Shown: positions 17,416 to 26,983, numbered from the stretch's first letter. The stretch is 34,302 nucleotides of DNA from a virus (IMGVR_UViG_3300020045_016612:1-34302); one strand, 5' to 3'. The notes: generated by a model from the sequence alone, not told the origin. Made by a program: numbers and translations.

Positions 17416-18551
17416 TGTCTGAACAAGTCATCACAGAATTATTCCGGTCGTTAGGTCCGTCTTACTTTACTGGACCGCTTAATTTCGGTCAGGCTTTAGA
17501 ACAGACTGGGCAGGTTTTATTTTTTAATTCTTCGTCTGCATTAGCAACTGGTTTTCAAGCGGGGAATACGTCAGCGGCGGTGACGTATACGCTTCCGACG
17601 GCAGGGCCATCGGTAAGCGGATCGGTTTTGGCCAGTACGACCACCGGTGTTCTGTCTTGGTTCGATTCGGTAGCGGCTTTTGCTCCTATTGGAGCGGCGT
17701 TTGTCACCATAGGGAACACCTCTGCTTTAACGGCGGAGCGAGCTTTAACGGGGACGTCGAATCAGATTATTGTTTCTGATAACGGAGCGAATAGTACTGT
17801 CGTTCTGTCTTTACCTCAAAACATTCATACCGCAGCTACTCCGACATTTGCCTCTCTTACTTTATCGGCGACGACCAATCAGATCGTTTTAGGGACCACG
17901 AATACAACGACGATTACTTCTCCAGCTCCAGCGGCGTCGCGTGTTTATACGATCCCCGATGCTGGTGCAGCGGCTTCATTTTTAATGACGGCGGGGGATC
18001 AGTCTGCTTCCGGTTCTTTGACTTTAACAAAGGCAACAGGGAATACGTTGGTAGTAGATACAACCACCCTGGTTGTAGATGCTTCGAATAACAATGTCGG
18101 CATCGGCACGGCTTCGCCTGGTTCTTATAATTCGAATGCACGAGACTTAGTGGTTCGAAATGCATCTTCGAATGTAGGGGTAACACTTAGTTCAACCGCC
18201 AACGGGACTTGTTTTATTGGATTTACTGATTCTGAAGGAACGACGTTAAACGGATTGATTCAGTACGATCATAACGCCACACCTGGAAACGAAGTGATTA
18301 AGTTTCGAGTTAACAGCGTTGACGATTTATTGACGGTGACGGCAGGGGGGAGTGTGGTTTGTAATTCTGGAGCGATAGCGACAAATGCAACCGTGGGTTT
18401 TCTTTACATTCCTACTTGCGCAGGAACACCGTCGGGAACACCCGCTACTTTTACCGGTCGCGTTCCTATGGTCTACGATTCAACCAATAATAAACTTTAT
18501 ATTTATGACGGTTCCTGGTTGGGAGGCACAACACCGGGAGCTTGGGTTTAA
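17415..18551 (+). CDS. tail fibre protein
   Basis: Thr/Ala/Ser-rich; TYTLPT, LTAERAL, LSLPQNIHTAATPTFASLTL, VGIGT module, C-terminal GFLYIPTCAGTPSGTP..YDSTNNKLYIY. Confidence 0.78.
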   Translation: MSEQVITELFRSLGPSYFTGPLNFGQALEQTGQVLFFNSSSALATGFQAGNTSAAVTYTLPTAGPSVSGSVLASTTTGVLSWFDSVAAFAPIGAAFVTIGNTSALTAERALTGTSNQIIVSDNGANSTVVLSLPQNIHTAATPTFASLTLSATTNQIVLGTTNTTTITSPAPAASRVYTIPDAGAAASFLMTAGDQSASGSLTLTKATGNTLVVDTTTLVVDASNNNVGIGTASPGSYNSNARDLVVRNASSNVGVTLSSTANGTCFIGFTDSEGTTLNGLIQYDHNATPGNEVIKFRVNSVDDLLTVTAGGSVVCNSGAIATNATVGFLYIPTCAGTPSGTPATFTGRVPMVYDSTNNKLYIYDGSWLGGTTPGAWV

Positions 18552-18561
18552 AGGAGAAATT

Positions 18562-18714
18562 ATGAAAGCAAGTGAAATAAGAGATCAATTGTTAAGAATT
18601 GAAGGATTTGCTGACGGTGTTAAACAAGGCGCCCAGATCTTCGCGAAATGGGTAGCTGAAACATTGGAACAAGAAGAAAAAAAGAAACAAGAAGAAAATC
18701 AAAGTCATACCTAG
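18562..18714 (+). CDS. small helical protein (possible fibre chaperone)
   Basis: AAGGAG RBS before ATG 18562; 50 aa. Confidence 0.6.
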   Translation: MKASEIRDQLLRIEGFADGVKQGAQIFAKWVAETLEQEEKKKQEENQSHT

Positions 18715-18724
18715 AGGAGATTTT

Positions 18725-20188
18725 ATGGCAAACGGATTCTTAAGCGCACAACCTTATTATGGACTTGCTGGATCTGCAATAGGGAGTAACCCTGCTTTTT
18801 CACTGGGTCAAAATTTTACTTTTGAAGATTTGGCGAAATATGAAGAGCAAAGGCGAAAAGCAGCTAATAAAGAGATCCAAGATAAATTGGCGGCGAGACG
18901 CGCCATGTTATCCGAGTCTCTTACGAAACAAGGCCGAGACCTTTTTAATTTGAAAAGCCCACAGATGCTTGAGGATTTAAACGCCAAAGGTGTTTTTACG
19001 TCTGAGACCGCACGAAATCAAGCGGAGGCGGACGCTTTAAAAGAAATTGCTCTTTCAAATCAACGTTATTTAAACGAATTTGATACAGCCGCGACCGGGA
19101 TTGACGTAGCGAATGATCAAGCCAGTTTAGAGAACATTTTGGATATTCGAAGAAGCGAATTAGAAAACCAGTTACAGGAAGGGCAGGCTAACCGAGAACA
19201 AGATTTTGCGACTAATTTGGCTTCACAGCAAAGAAAACAAGGTCTTCTGGAGTCCTTAATTGGAGTTGGTGGTACGTTAGGGGGAGCCTATCTTATGAGT
19301 CGGGGTGGTGGTGCTGGTGTACCTGGAGTCGCTGGATCTACCGCTGGCGGTGGGGCATTCGGTGGATTTGGAGGAGGAAGTACAGCATCAAATGTTTTGG
19401 GTGGAAATGCGACTCCATTAGGAAAATTGTTAATGCCTTCGGGAGCCGCTAGTTCTACTGGAGCTTTTAGTCCTATGACCGCTTTTAAAGCCGGAGGTCT
19501 AGGTGGGGCTGCGGCCGGGGCGGGCCTGGGTCTTTTGGGATCTTCTCTGGGTCGAAATGTATTTGGTGGAGGTAATGATGCCGGAAGTGTCGCCGGGGGC
19601 GCTTTGGGATATACCTTGGGTGGTCCTGTAGGTGCCGGAGTTGGTTCTTTCTTGGGAACCGGGGCACAAAGATTAGGCGAACAGGCTTATGAAAAGTCTC
19701 AAAAGGCGCTAGGAAACACGGTTGCTTCTACATTGAAACCTATTTTAAACCCCGTGGGAGCTGTAAAGAGTATTTCTAAATCAATTAAGAAAGCCTTCTG
19801 TTTCGACGGATTGACTCCCGTTGAAATGGCCGATGGGACAATCAAGCCTATTTGCGAAGTGGATTTGGACGATAACACGAAAGGCGGGGTCGTTGAAAGC
19901 ATCCGTGTTTCTAAGACGGATGACGGAACGGTTTATAAATATAAGGGAATCATGGTTACAGGAATGCACGCGGTTAAAGAAGATGGGTATTGGATACGGG
20001 TAAAAGACTCTCCTTTTTCAGAACTTGTTCCTGGTGAAGATACGGTGTTTTCTATCGTGACGAGCAATCACCGGATCTTTTCCAATGGGATCGAGTTTGC
20101 GGACGAGCAAGAGAACGATGGCTATGAGAACTTGACCATAGATCAGTCTTTGGCTGAATTAAATAAGAATCCTGTGGGGGTGAACTGA
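18725..20188 (+). CDS. ejection/pilot-type protein with Gly-zipper region and C-terminal Hint domain
   Basis: Coiled-coil N-terminus, long Gly/Ala region, then CFDGLTPVEMADG..K.I, VTGMH, V...T..H.I..NG..FAD from Cys359 (nt 19799). Confidence 0.8.
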   Translation: MANGFLSAQPYYGLAGSAIGSNPAFSLGQNFTFEDLAKYEEQRRKAANKEIQDKLAARRAMLSESLTKQGRDLFNLKSPQMLEDLNAKGVFTSETARNQAEADALKEIALSNQRYLNEFDTAATGIDVANDQASLENILDIRRSELENQLQEGQANREQDFATNLASQQRKQGLLESLIGVGGTLGGAYLMSRGGGAGVPGVAGSTAGGGAFGGFGGGSTASNVLGGNATPLGKLLMPSGAASSTGAFSPMTAFKAGGLGGAAAGAGLGLLGSSLGRNVFGGGNDAGSVAGGALGYTLGGPVGAGVGSFLGTGAQRLGEQAYEKSQKALGNTVASTLKPILNPVGAVKSISKSIKKAFCFDGLTPVEMADGTIKPICEVDLDDNTKGGVVESIRVSKTDDGTVYKYKGIMVTGMHAVKEDGYWIRVKDSPFSELVPGEDTVFSIVTSNHRIFSNGIEFADEQENDGYENLTIDQSLAELNKNPVGVN

Positions 20189-20189
20189 A

Positions 20190-21218
20190 ATGGCCAAGTC
20201 AATTCAGACACGAAAAAGAGACGTTCCTATTGAACAGATTCTTGCCGTTCAAGGCAGGAGTCCTGTGGCGTCCGGGATCGAAACGTTAGGAAACGTCTTA
20301 GGTCAAGCCTTAACAAGAAAGGCGGAGTTACAAAGACAAGGGCAGCAGTTGGCAAAGCTAGAGTCTTTGACGGGTCAAACGCCTGGGACTTTTGCCGGAC
20401 TTGACCCTTCAACAGCGACTTCGTTTGCCAATAAGCTTATTACGGATCGCTCCAATAATTACAACCCTCAGCAATTGGCAGCTCTTATGGGTGGCGATCC
20501 GACTCAAATGTCATCTGTTTTCCCTCAAGGAGTACCTAAAGAAGCGGCTGGTTTGGCCGTTACCAATAGGGGAAAATCGGAATCAAGGGAAAATTTGCAA
20601 GCGGACCGGGAAGCAAGACGTGACGAGAGGCTGGGTGGTGCGGCGATTAATTATTGGAAAACTTTGGAAACAAATCCCGTCATTAAAACATTAAAACAGC
20701 AAGACATTGGACTCTACCAAGTGGACGCCTTGGCTCCTTTGATCGACTCCGGAAATACGGTGGCGTCGAACGCTTTGGGAATGAAGATGGCCAGAGGTAT
20801 GGGCGAGGTCGGTGTTTTGACCGATACCGACGTTGTTAAATACGTTCAATCCGGTCAATTGACCAGAGGTGCGGCAGACAAACTTTCTCGCATGATTCGA
20901 GGTGTTCCGACCGATGCGACATTAGATGAATTGAGAGAAATTACAAAGGTTTTGAGGGATTCTTATCAAAACAAAATTCAGCCTCTTTATAATGACGCCG
21001 TTGATCGTTTTGCCGTTAATTATGACTTAACTCCCGAAGAAGCATCCAAGCGATTGGTTATTCCTTATACCAGAAGTAAAAAAGGCGGACTGAGGTCTAT
21101 TGAGCCGAAAGCTCCGCAAGCGATTATTCCGCCGGGTGCCATGACAGCCACGAATCCAACCACAAAGGAAACGGTATTCTCAACGGATGGAGGCCAGACA
21201 TGGCAACCAGCAAAATAA
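20190..21218 (+). CDS. putative ejection (DNA transfer) protein
   Basis: Helical, Gln/Ala-rich; GEVGVLTDTDV motif; C-terminal TATNPTTKE...DGGQTW. Confidence 0.6.
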   Translation: MAKSIQTRKRDVPIEQILAVQGRSPVASGIETLGNVLGQALTRKAELQRQGQQLAKLESLTGQTPGTFAGLDPSTATSFANKLITDRSNNYNPQQLAALMGGDPTQMSSVFPQGVPKEAAGLAVTNRGKSESRENLQADREARRDERLGGAAINYWKTLETNPVIKTLKQQDIGLYQVDALAPLIDSGNTVASNALGMKMARGMGEVGVLTDTDVVKYVQSGQLTRGAADKLSRMIRGVPTDATLDELREITKVLRDSYQNKIQPLYNDAVDRFAVNYDLTPEEASKRLVIPYTRSKKGGLRSIEPKAPQAIIPPGAMTATNPTTKETVFSTDGGQTWQPAK

Positions 21219-22492
21219 AACTACCCCCCGGATTCGTATTGGATAACCCCGAAGTTAATCTGCCGCCTGGATTTGTATTGGATGGAAATCAGGGGCAGCG
21301 CATGGCTCCGGCTCCACAACCCCCTTCTTTTATGGAAAGTTTAGGTCAAGTGACTCAACAGGCGATGGCTCCACATCAATTTTCCCCTTCTTCTATGCTT
21401 CAACAAATACCTCAATTGGCTTCAAGGGCGTCTGGAAAAGTGGGCGAACTTGTTTCCGAAGATTTGGCACGCCAAAAGGTTAATCCCAATGTCGCCGCTG
21501 GGATCGGGACGTTGATTTCTATGGGGCCAGACCTTGCTTTGGCTGGGGCGAATCCTATGCAGGGCGCAGCTAAGACCATTCCCCAAATGGCGATTAAGGC
21601 GCAACGACGGGCCTTAGGTATTCGGATGCCAGAACTTATGTTGCCATTTAAAAGGGGCCAAGCCGCTCAAGCGGCGAAAGTAGCCTTGGAGCAGGGCGTC
21701 ACATCGGCTACAGGTAGCCCGGCCGTTCTCTTTAAAAAAGCCTCCGATTTAGCGGCCAAGACCGGCCAGAAAATAGGTTCTATTCGTGAATCGGTCGGAG
21801 AACAATCGGTGCAGCCGGTATTAAAAGCGATTGATGATTATAAGGCAATAAGATTAAAAGGTGCAACGGGTGGGAAGTGGGACGTTATCGCTGGAAAGAT
21901 CGAAGAAGTAAAGGAGACAGTAAAAGGCGTTATTAATCCCAAAACTGGCAACGCCTCTTTAAAGCGAATCGCAGATGCAAAAAAAGAAATTAAAGATTCC
22001 GTTAATTGGGCAGCTGACAACGTAAGTCAACGAGATGCAAAAGCTCTGGCCTCAGCCATTGAGAAAGGGTCGGAGGCTGTTTTGGCTCAAGCTGGTGGAG
22101 ACATGAAAACTTACAAAGCTATTAAGCCTATATACAGCGCAGCCAAGTTTATGATCAAAGGTCTTAACCGTGAAGTCGCGGCACAAGAAGGCAATATGGC
22201 GATATCGCTTCCATCTTTGGTTGCCGGAGGAATTACAGGAGGCCCAGCGGGTATTGCAAAAGTGGGTGCTTTTGAATTGGCGAAACGAAGAGGGGCCGGT
22301 ATTGCGGCTTCTGAAATTATGTCGGCTGCCAACGCCACCAAAGAAGCTGCTATCCCAGCCTTGGTTCTTACCGAGAAACTCGCCAAAAAGTATCTTAAAA
22401 AAGCCATGAAAAAGACCGGAGGCGATATTGAAGCTGCTCGAATCGAAGCCCGGAAGATGGCTATTGAAGATGGGATTGAGATACCCGAATAA
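21200..22492 (+). CDS. putative ejection (DNA transfer) protein
   Basis: GGAGG RBS; duplicated LPPGFVLD at the N-terminus, Ala/Lys-rich helical body; third of three in the usual podoviral position. Confidence 0.6.
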   Translation: MATSKIKLPPGFVLDNPEVNLPPGFVLDGNQGQRMAPAPQPPSFMESLGQVTQQAMAPHQFSPSSMLQQIPQLASRASGKVGELVSEDLARQKVNPNVAAGIGTLISMGPDLALAGANPMQGAAKTIPQMAIKAQRRALGIRMPELMLPFKRGQAAQAAKVALEQGVTSATGSPAVLFKKASDLAAKTGQKIGSIRESVGEQSVQPVLKAIDDYKAIRLKGATGGKWDVIAGKIEEVKETVKGVINPKTGNASLKRIADAKKEIKDSVNWAADNVSQRDAKALASAIEKGSEAVLAQAGGDMKTYKAIKPIYSAAKFMIKGLNREVAAQEGNMAISLPSLVAGGITGGPAGIAKVGAFELAKRRGAGIAASEIMSAANATKEAAIPALVLTEKLAKKYLKKAMKKTGGDIEAARIEARKMAIEDGIEIPE

Positions 22493-23049
22493 TGCCTGAT
22501 ATATTTGATCGCATTAAGTATGAAGACGCTTTCACAAAATTAGACTTTAAGGATATTTTCAATCGCATTGATCTCCCCTTAGAAGAGAAGGTCATCTTTT
22601 CCAAAGAAATGAAAGATTTGGTTTTGGACGAGATTATTAAAAAGATCGGAGAATTGCCTTTGGGGAGCCTGATTTCTTCCGTCGTCAGAAAAGAAATTCA
22701 AAAGAAGTTGGAGAAAGAAATTGGGTTAAGAGCGGTGGTTGAGAAGCGTTTAAGGGAAGCCGATGAGAATACCAATAAAGTCATCGAAAACAAACAAAAA
22801 GATATTCTTAAAAAGATTGAGGAATTGGAGAAGGAATTAAAAGAAGAGACCAAGAGTATTCGCCTTAATATGAACCAAACGATTTACGAATTTGGCGGTT
22901 ACTCTCCTTCCTTTAATTTCTCAAATGTCTTCTATTTCGGCGATCAGAATACCGACGGCAGTTGGCGAATCGTAGTAGACGGAACCAACCTTTCTGTCCA
23001 ATACCGAGAATCGGGGGTTTGGATCGAGAAGGGAAGTTTCCTCCCATGA
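22492..23049 (+). CDS. hypothetical coiled-coil protein
   Basis: TAATG coupling; coiled coil plus C-terminal beta module DGSWRIVVDG..L.VQ.RESG.W. Confidence 0.65.
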   Translation: MPDIFDRIKYEDAFTKLDFKDIFNRIDLPLEEKVIFSKEMKDLVLDEIIKKIGELPLGSLISSVVRKEIQKKLEKEIGLRAVVEKRLREADENTNKVIENKQKDILKKIEELEKELKEETKSIRLNMNQTIYEFGGYSPSFNFSNVFYFGDQNTDGSWRIVVDGTNLSVQYRESGVWIEKGSFLP

Positions 23050-25238
23050 AGAAGCTTCTCTATCTCCTGGCTTTTTTACCCTCTTTATCTTTTGGAGCTT
23101 TTCGCACCGATTGGCTTCAAAATACTACGTCTTCTATAACTATCAATGGCACGACTTATTATTGGCAAGCGGGGAGTGGAACGTCGGGACAGGTTTTAAC
23201 CACAGATGGAGCGACAAAACCAACTTTGACATGGGGAAGTGCTGGAAGTACCTCAACAGTCATTTCCACAATGACGGCTGGAGCTACGAATTTTATTTTT
23301 AATCAAAGTATTTTACAAGAAGGTGCCACTTTTTATGTCTCTAGCGGTACGATAGCGGGCTTATTAACCGCAACCACGGGCTACTTCGGATTTGGATCGA
23401 ATACGATCCCCTCAATTTCTTTTTACGGAGACGAAAATACGGGGGTTGGTAGAACCGCGTCTGACAATTTAGGTTTTTTTACTGGAGGTGGTCTTCGTTG
23501 GTTTGTGAATGGGAACGGGACGCTGAAAGCCAATACGGGCGTGACCCTGGTTATTCATAACGCAGACGGAATAGCAGGGAACCCAGCTTACAGTTTTGGT
23601 TCAGACGAAGATTCGGGATATTATAGGTCGGGGATCAATACAACCAGCATCGTTAGCGGTAGCGGAGAAGTGGCTCGTTTTGCACCGGAAGGGATGTCCG
23701 CTTCCAGTGCCAACGTAACGGGTCAATTATCAGTTGGTACTATTAAATTTACGGATAATACGGTTCAGGTTACCTCCGCTCCCACCAATGTTATTTACAA
23801 CCAAAACACACTTCAGTCAGGTGCTACCTTCTTTGTTTCAAGTGGTACGGTAAACGAATTCTTTAGAGTGGGAGAGGTGGGGATAAGGCCCACCCTTTTA
23901 TTTGATGCTTCCAACGCTTTTTCTAACCCTGCTCTTGAAATTTACAATGGATTAACGAGTCCCGGTGGTTCTCTCCGGTTCAAATCTTCATCGGGACTTG
24001 ACGAAGCGCGATTTGGTGTTGGTTCGTCGGCGTTTAGTTTTTCTGTTTCTTCTGTAACTCAACAAGGTATTTCCGCTTTGGATCGAATTACTATTGCTAA
24101 ACAAAGTGGCGACATTACTTTAAAAGATTATGTGTCGAATACGATGGCGACGTTTACAACGTCCTCTTCAACTTTGGCTGGCCAAGTTTCTGTTGGAACT
24201 ATCAAATTCCCCGATGGTACGGTCCAAGTTACCTCTGCCCCTATAAGCAGTGGCGATATTAGTTCTGTCACGGCCGGCTATGGATTAGCGGGAGGAGGGA
24301 CATCCGGTGATATCACTTTAAGTTTAGACCCTGACACGACAGGCTTTATCCATAACCAGAATACACTTCAAAGTGGAGCTACCTTTTTCGTGAGTAGCGG
24401 GACTGTAAATACATTGAGAGCACCGACTCTGAATACGACATCTTTGAGTGGTATTGGAGCGGATACCCAACTAATTCTTAACAGCGGCGGAGTTCTAACG
24501 GGTGACGCAGGACTTATTTATACTGGAGGAACTCTTTTTACTCTGACCGTAGGTGCTCTGACTGAACTAGGGGCTGCTTTTGGTGGTCGTATTTCCGCTT
24601 ATAACGCGGCCAATACATTCCGTGTTTCATTTAACGCACCCGCTGTAACAGTGACCAATACGTATCGGCTTCCTTACTCTTCAGGCCCAGCCAATTCTGT
24701 TTGGAAAACAGATGGGTCTAATAATATTGACTGGGCACCGCTTAATAACATCATGAAATTCGATCAAGTATTCAACGTCGAACAAGCGAAAACTCCGACG
24801 AGCAATCCTTGTGTCATTTCCAACGCGGGTGCTTTAACTGTCCCCGCTATTCTATGTGACGCCTCGACAGATGAAAGCGTGAGTTTCCAGACCCTGTTGG
24901 TTCCCTATTCGACCACCACCCTGTTCGCCCAGATTGAATACACCATGGTCTCAGCGACAAGCGGCCAAGTCGTTCATAACCTGAGTGTCATGTGCGCTTC
25001 TTCAACGTATACCTCGGATCTCGATACGGAAAGTTTCGGAGGTATAAATGCGTCAACGATCACGGTTCCCTCTACTGCCGGTCGGATCGGGGTAGCTACT
25101 ATGACGGTGAGCGCGCTGGACGCAGGATGCAACTACGGTTCTTTGTTCTTTGTGAAATATAACCGTGATGCGAACGCCTCTGCGGATACGGCCACGGGTG
25201 ATATTGAGGTCAGGAGAATATGGCTTTATGAGCCGTAA
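23046..25238 (+). CDS. long fibre/adhesin-like protein with signal peptide
   Basis: Start at the ATGA overlap 23046: MKKLLYLLAFLPSLSFG-AF; fibre motifs GQVLTTDG, PSISF.GD.NTG, GDISSVTAG.GL.GGG.SGD; internal repeats. Confidence 0.8.
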   Translation: MKKLLYLLAFLPSLSFGAFRTDWLQNTTSSITINGTTYYWQAGSGTSGQVLTTDGATKPTLTWGSAGSTSTVISTMTAGATNFIFNQSILQEGATFYVSSGTIAGLLTATTGYFGFGSNTIPSISFYGDENTGVGRTASDNLGFFTGGGLRWFVNGNGTLKANTGVTLVIHNADGIAGNPAYSFGSDEDSGYYRSGINTTSIVSGSGEVARFAPEGMSASSANVTGQLSVGTIKFTDNTVQVTSAPTNVIYNQNTLQSGATFFVSSGTVNEFFRVGEVGIRPTLLFDASNAFSNPALEIYNGLTSPGGSLRFKSSSGLDEARFGVGSSAFSFSVSSVTQQGISALDRITIAKQSGDITLKDYVSNTMATFTTSSSTLAGQVSVGTIKFPDGTVQVTSAPISSGDISSVTAGYGLAGGGTSGDITLSLDPDTTGFIHNQNTLQSGATFFVSSGTVNTLRAPTLNTTSLSGIGADTQLILNSGGVLTGDAGLIYTGGTLFTLTVGALTELGAAFGGRISAYNAANTFRVSFNAPAVTVTNTYRLPYSSGPANSVWKTDGSNNIDWAPLNNIMKFDQVFNVEQAKTPTSNPCVISNAGALTVPAILCDASTDESVSFQTLLVPYSTTTLFAQIEYTMVSATSGQVVHNLSVMCASSTYTSDLDTESFGGINASTITVPSTAGRIGVATMTVSALDAGCNYGSLFFVKYNRDANASADTATGDIEVRRIWLYEP
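23289..24410 (+). repeat. dispersed peptide repeats in the fibre
   Basis: Three copies of I.NQ..LQ.GATF(Y/F)VSSGT (23289, 23787, 24342) and two of GQ.SVGTIKF.D.TVQVTSAP (23721, 24180). Confidence 0.85.
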
Positions 25239-25986
25239 GCTATTTTTACTCTTTATATTTTTACTTAACCCATGTGTATTCATGGGAAGCGTCCAATTCG
25301 ACGGGACAGATGATTATTTGACTTGCGGCACAGGGTTGGCTCTTGAGAAAAACGATATGTCACTTACGGCGTGGGTGAATTCAACTTTTGATAGCGATCC
25401 TTTTGTTCGAGGTACCATTTTTTCTAATTTTACCGATGCAGGGATCATAAACTTAGAGATGTATTTGGACGACGGGAGTCCTATCGGAGCTTATATTGTT
25501 CTCGGTTGTGATTTATTGGATGGCGGCGGTGTGCTTAATACCATCACCATGGATTTTGGGGATAGCACAGGATGGAAGCACGTCGCCTGTATTTGGGATG
25601 GGACAGATTTGACCCCTTATGTAGATGGTCAGGCAGGAACGCCTTTGACAATTGGGATGGCGGCGGACACGACCTCTGGAAATACCTCTATAGCGGCTAC
25701 TTTTGGTCCTACCTTTTTTTTTGAAGGGGAAATATCGGACGTGAATTATTACAGGCGTGTTTTAAGTGTATCCGAAATAGAAACGCTCTACCTTTCGCGC
25801 ATGAGATCCTATGTCATCCCAACTACCTCCCAAGGAGGCTATTGGCCTTTGGATGACATGGTGGATGGGACGACGGTCGGGACAGGAACATTTTTAAATC
25901 GCGTAGCACCGGGGACGAATAATTGTGTTGGAAGCGGTGCATCAGCAGGAGGGACGGCCTATGCCGATTTCATTCGGTACAAGTAA
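25228..25986 (+). CDS. LamG/concanavalin A-like domain protein with N-terminal hydrophobic signal
   Basis: FDGTDDY, SLTAWV, WKHVACIWDG..YVDG, FEGEISDV..Y.R.LS..EI..LY, YWPLDD; start 25228 MSRKLFLLFIFLL. Confidence 0.85.
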   Translation: MSRKLFLLFIFLLNPCVFMGSVQFDGTDDYLTCGTGLALEKNDMSLTAWVNSTFDSDPFVRGTIFSNFTDAGIINLEMYLDDGSPIGAYIVLGCDLLDGGGVLNTITMDFGDSTGWKHVACIWDGTDLTPYVDGQAGTPLTIGMAADTTSGNTSIAATFGPTFFFEGEISDVNYYRRVLSVSEIETLYLSRMRSYVIPTTSQGGYWPLDDMVDGTTVGTGTFLNRVAPGTNNCVGSGASAGGTAYADFIRYK

Positions 25987-26563
25987 ATTCAGGGGTTTAT
26001 TTCTCATCGGGTTTTTACTTCTGGCTTCCTGCCCTTTGTTTGCTGATTCCATTGTCATTTTCAGTACGGCTACCAATGGTTGTTTGAGGTTTATTCCTTC
26101 CCAAGACCCGACCCCTTATATCTCAAGAGTAGATGCCATGATTTTCAACGATCAAACGTCTCAAACCGAAGATCAAGTTCGAATTCTCATCTCGACCACG
26201 CCGATTCGCTATTTCAAGAAAGTGGGAAGTCCTCAAATTTCTCATATGACTCCGGCTGAAAGTGCAGCGGTGGACGCGGCGATCGCCTTGGCTCGGACTC
26301 TTTCTCAAAGAGAAGGGGCTAAGAACATTTATGACAATGCTGTCTATTTCGGGAAGGTTTTAAGAGCCATTGTTTTACTTGTTTTAGATGAGATCAACGA
26401 TTTGAGGACACGAGATCGGGACCGGGCTGCAGACGTAGCCGCCGCGACAAGTTTGGCCGATCTGAAAACACGGTGGGCGGCAAGGTCTTCCTTGACGGAT
26501 AGGACGGCCGCACAAGCCAGGACAGCGATTCGGAACAAGATCGATTCTGGGAGTGCTGACTAA
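25961..26563 (+). CDS. hypothetical protein with signal peptide (fibre-assembly-like position)
   Basis: AGGAGGG RBS; KFRGLFLIGFLLLASCPLFA-DS; helical C-terminus. Confidence 0.7.
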   Translation: MPISFGTSKFRGLFLIGFLLLASCPLFADSIVIFSTATNGCLRFIPSQDPTPYISRVDAMIFNDQTSQTEDQVRILISTTPIRYFKKVGSPQISHMTPAESAAVDAAIALARTLSQREGAKNIYDNAVYFGKVLRAIVLLVLDEINDLRTRDRDRAADVAAATSLADLKTRWAARSSLTDRTAAQARTAIRNKIDSGSAD

Positions 26564-26566
26564 TTT

Positions 26567-26983
26567 ATGGAAATTCAACTTAAAAGACGCTGGTTTAATG
26601 CCAGAGCAACTATCGGGGAATTGTTCCTAGAAGGGGATGTGTTGAGGCAATGTTATACCTTAGAAGATGCTGTTCGTGATATTAAAATTCAGGGAGAAAC
26701 AGCTATTCCTGAAGGAAAGTATGAAGTTATTCTGAATTACTCAGATAGATTTAAACGGATCATGCCACGTCTTTTAAACGTTCCTAATTATCGAGGTATT
26801 TTGATTCATTCCGGCAACAATCCAGATCAAACGGAAGGCTGTATTTTAGTGGGTCGGATCATCGTAAATAATGAATTCATTGGTGAAAGCCGGATGGCCT
26901 TTAACGAGCTGTTCAATAAGCTCGAAGAGGCTCAGAGGCATGGAAAGCTCTGGATAGATATAAAGAATGTTGGAGTTTCTTAA
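26567..26983 (+). CDS. DUF5675 family protein, putative endolysin (L,D-peptidase-like)
   Basis: L.R...TIGEL..CYTLED..KI.GETAIPEG.Y...P.L.NVP...GILIHSGN...TEGCILVG...SR.AF. Confidence 0.85.
   Translation: MEIQLKRRWFNARATIGELFLEGDVLRQCYTLEDAVRDIKIQGETAIPEGKYEVILNYSDRFKRIMPRLLNVPNYRGILIHSGNNPDQTEGCILVGRIIVNNEFIGESRMAFNELFNKLEEAQRHGKLWIDIKNVGVS

Noticed and set aside
19799-20188. Canonical splicing intein
   Set aside because: No C-terminal His-Asn followed by Cys/Ser/Thr and no substantial C-extein; treated as a cleavage-type Hint domain
22962-23045. Extended N-termini in the ORF track (22962; also 8453, 14576, 18385, 25165, 25925, 28755, 29558)
   Set aside because: Downstream ATGs have RBSs or ATGA coupling; the longer starts overlap upstream genes and hide the signal peptides
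16126-25986. Diversity-generating retroelement acting on fibre repeats
   Set aside because: No reverse transcriptase, and the repeats differ at all base types rather than only at adenines
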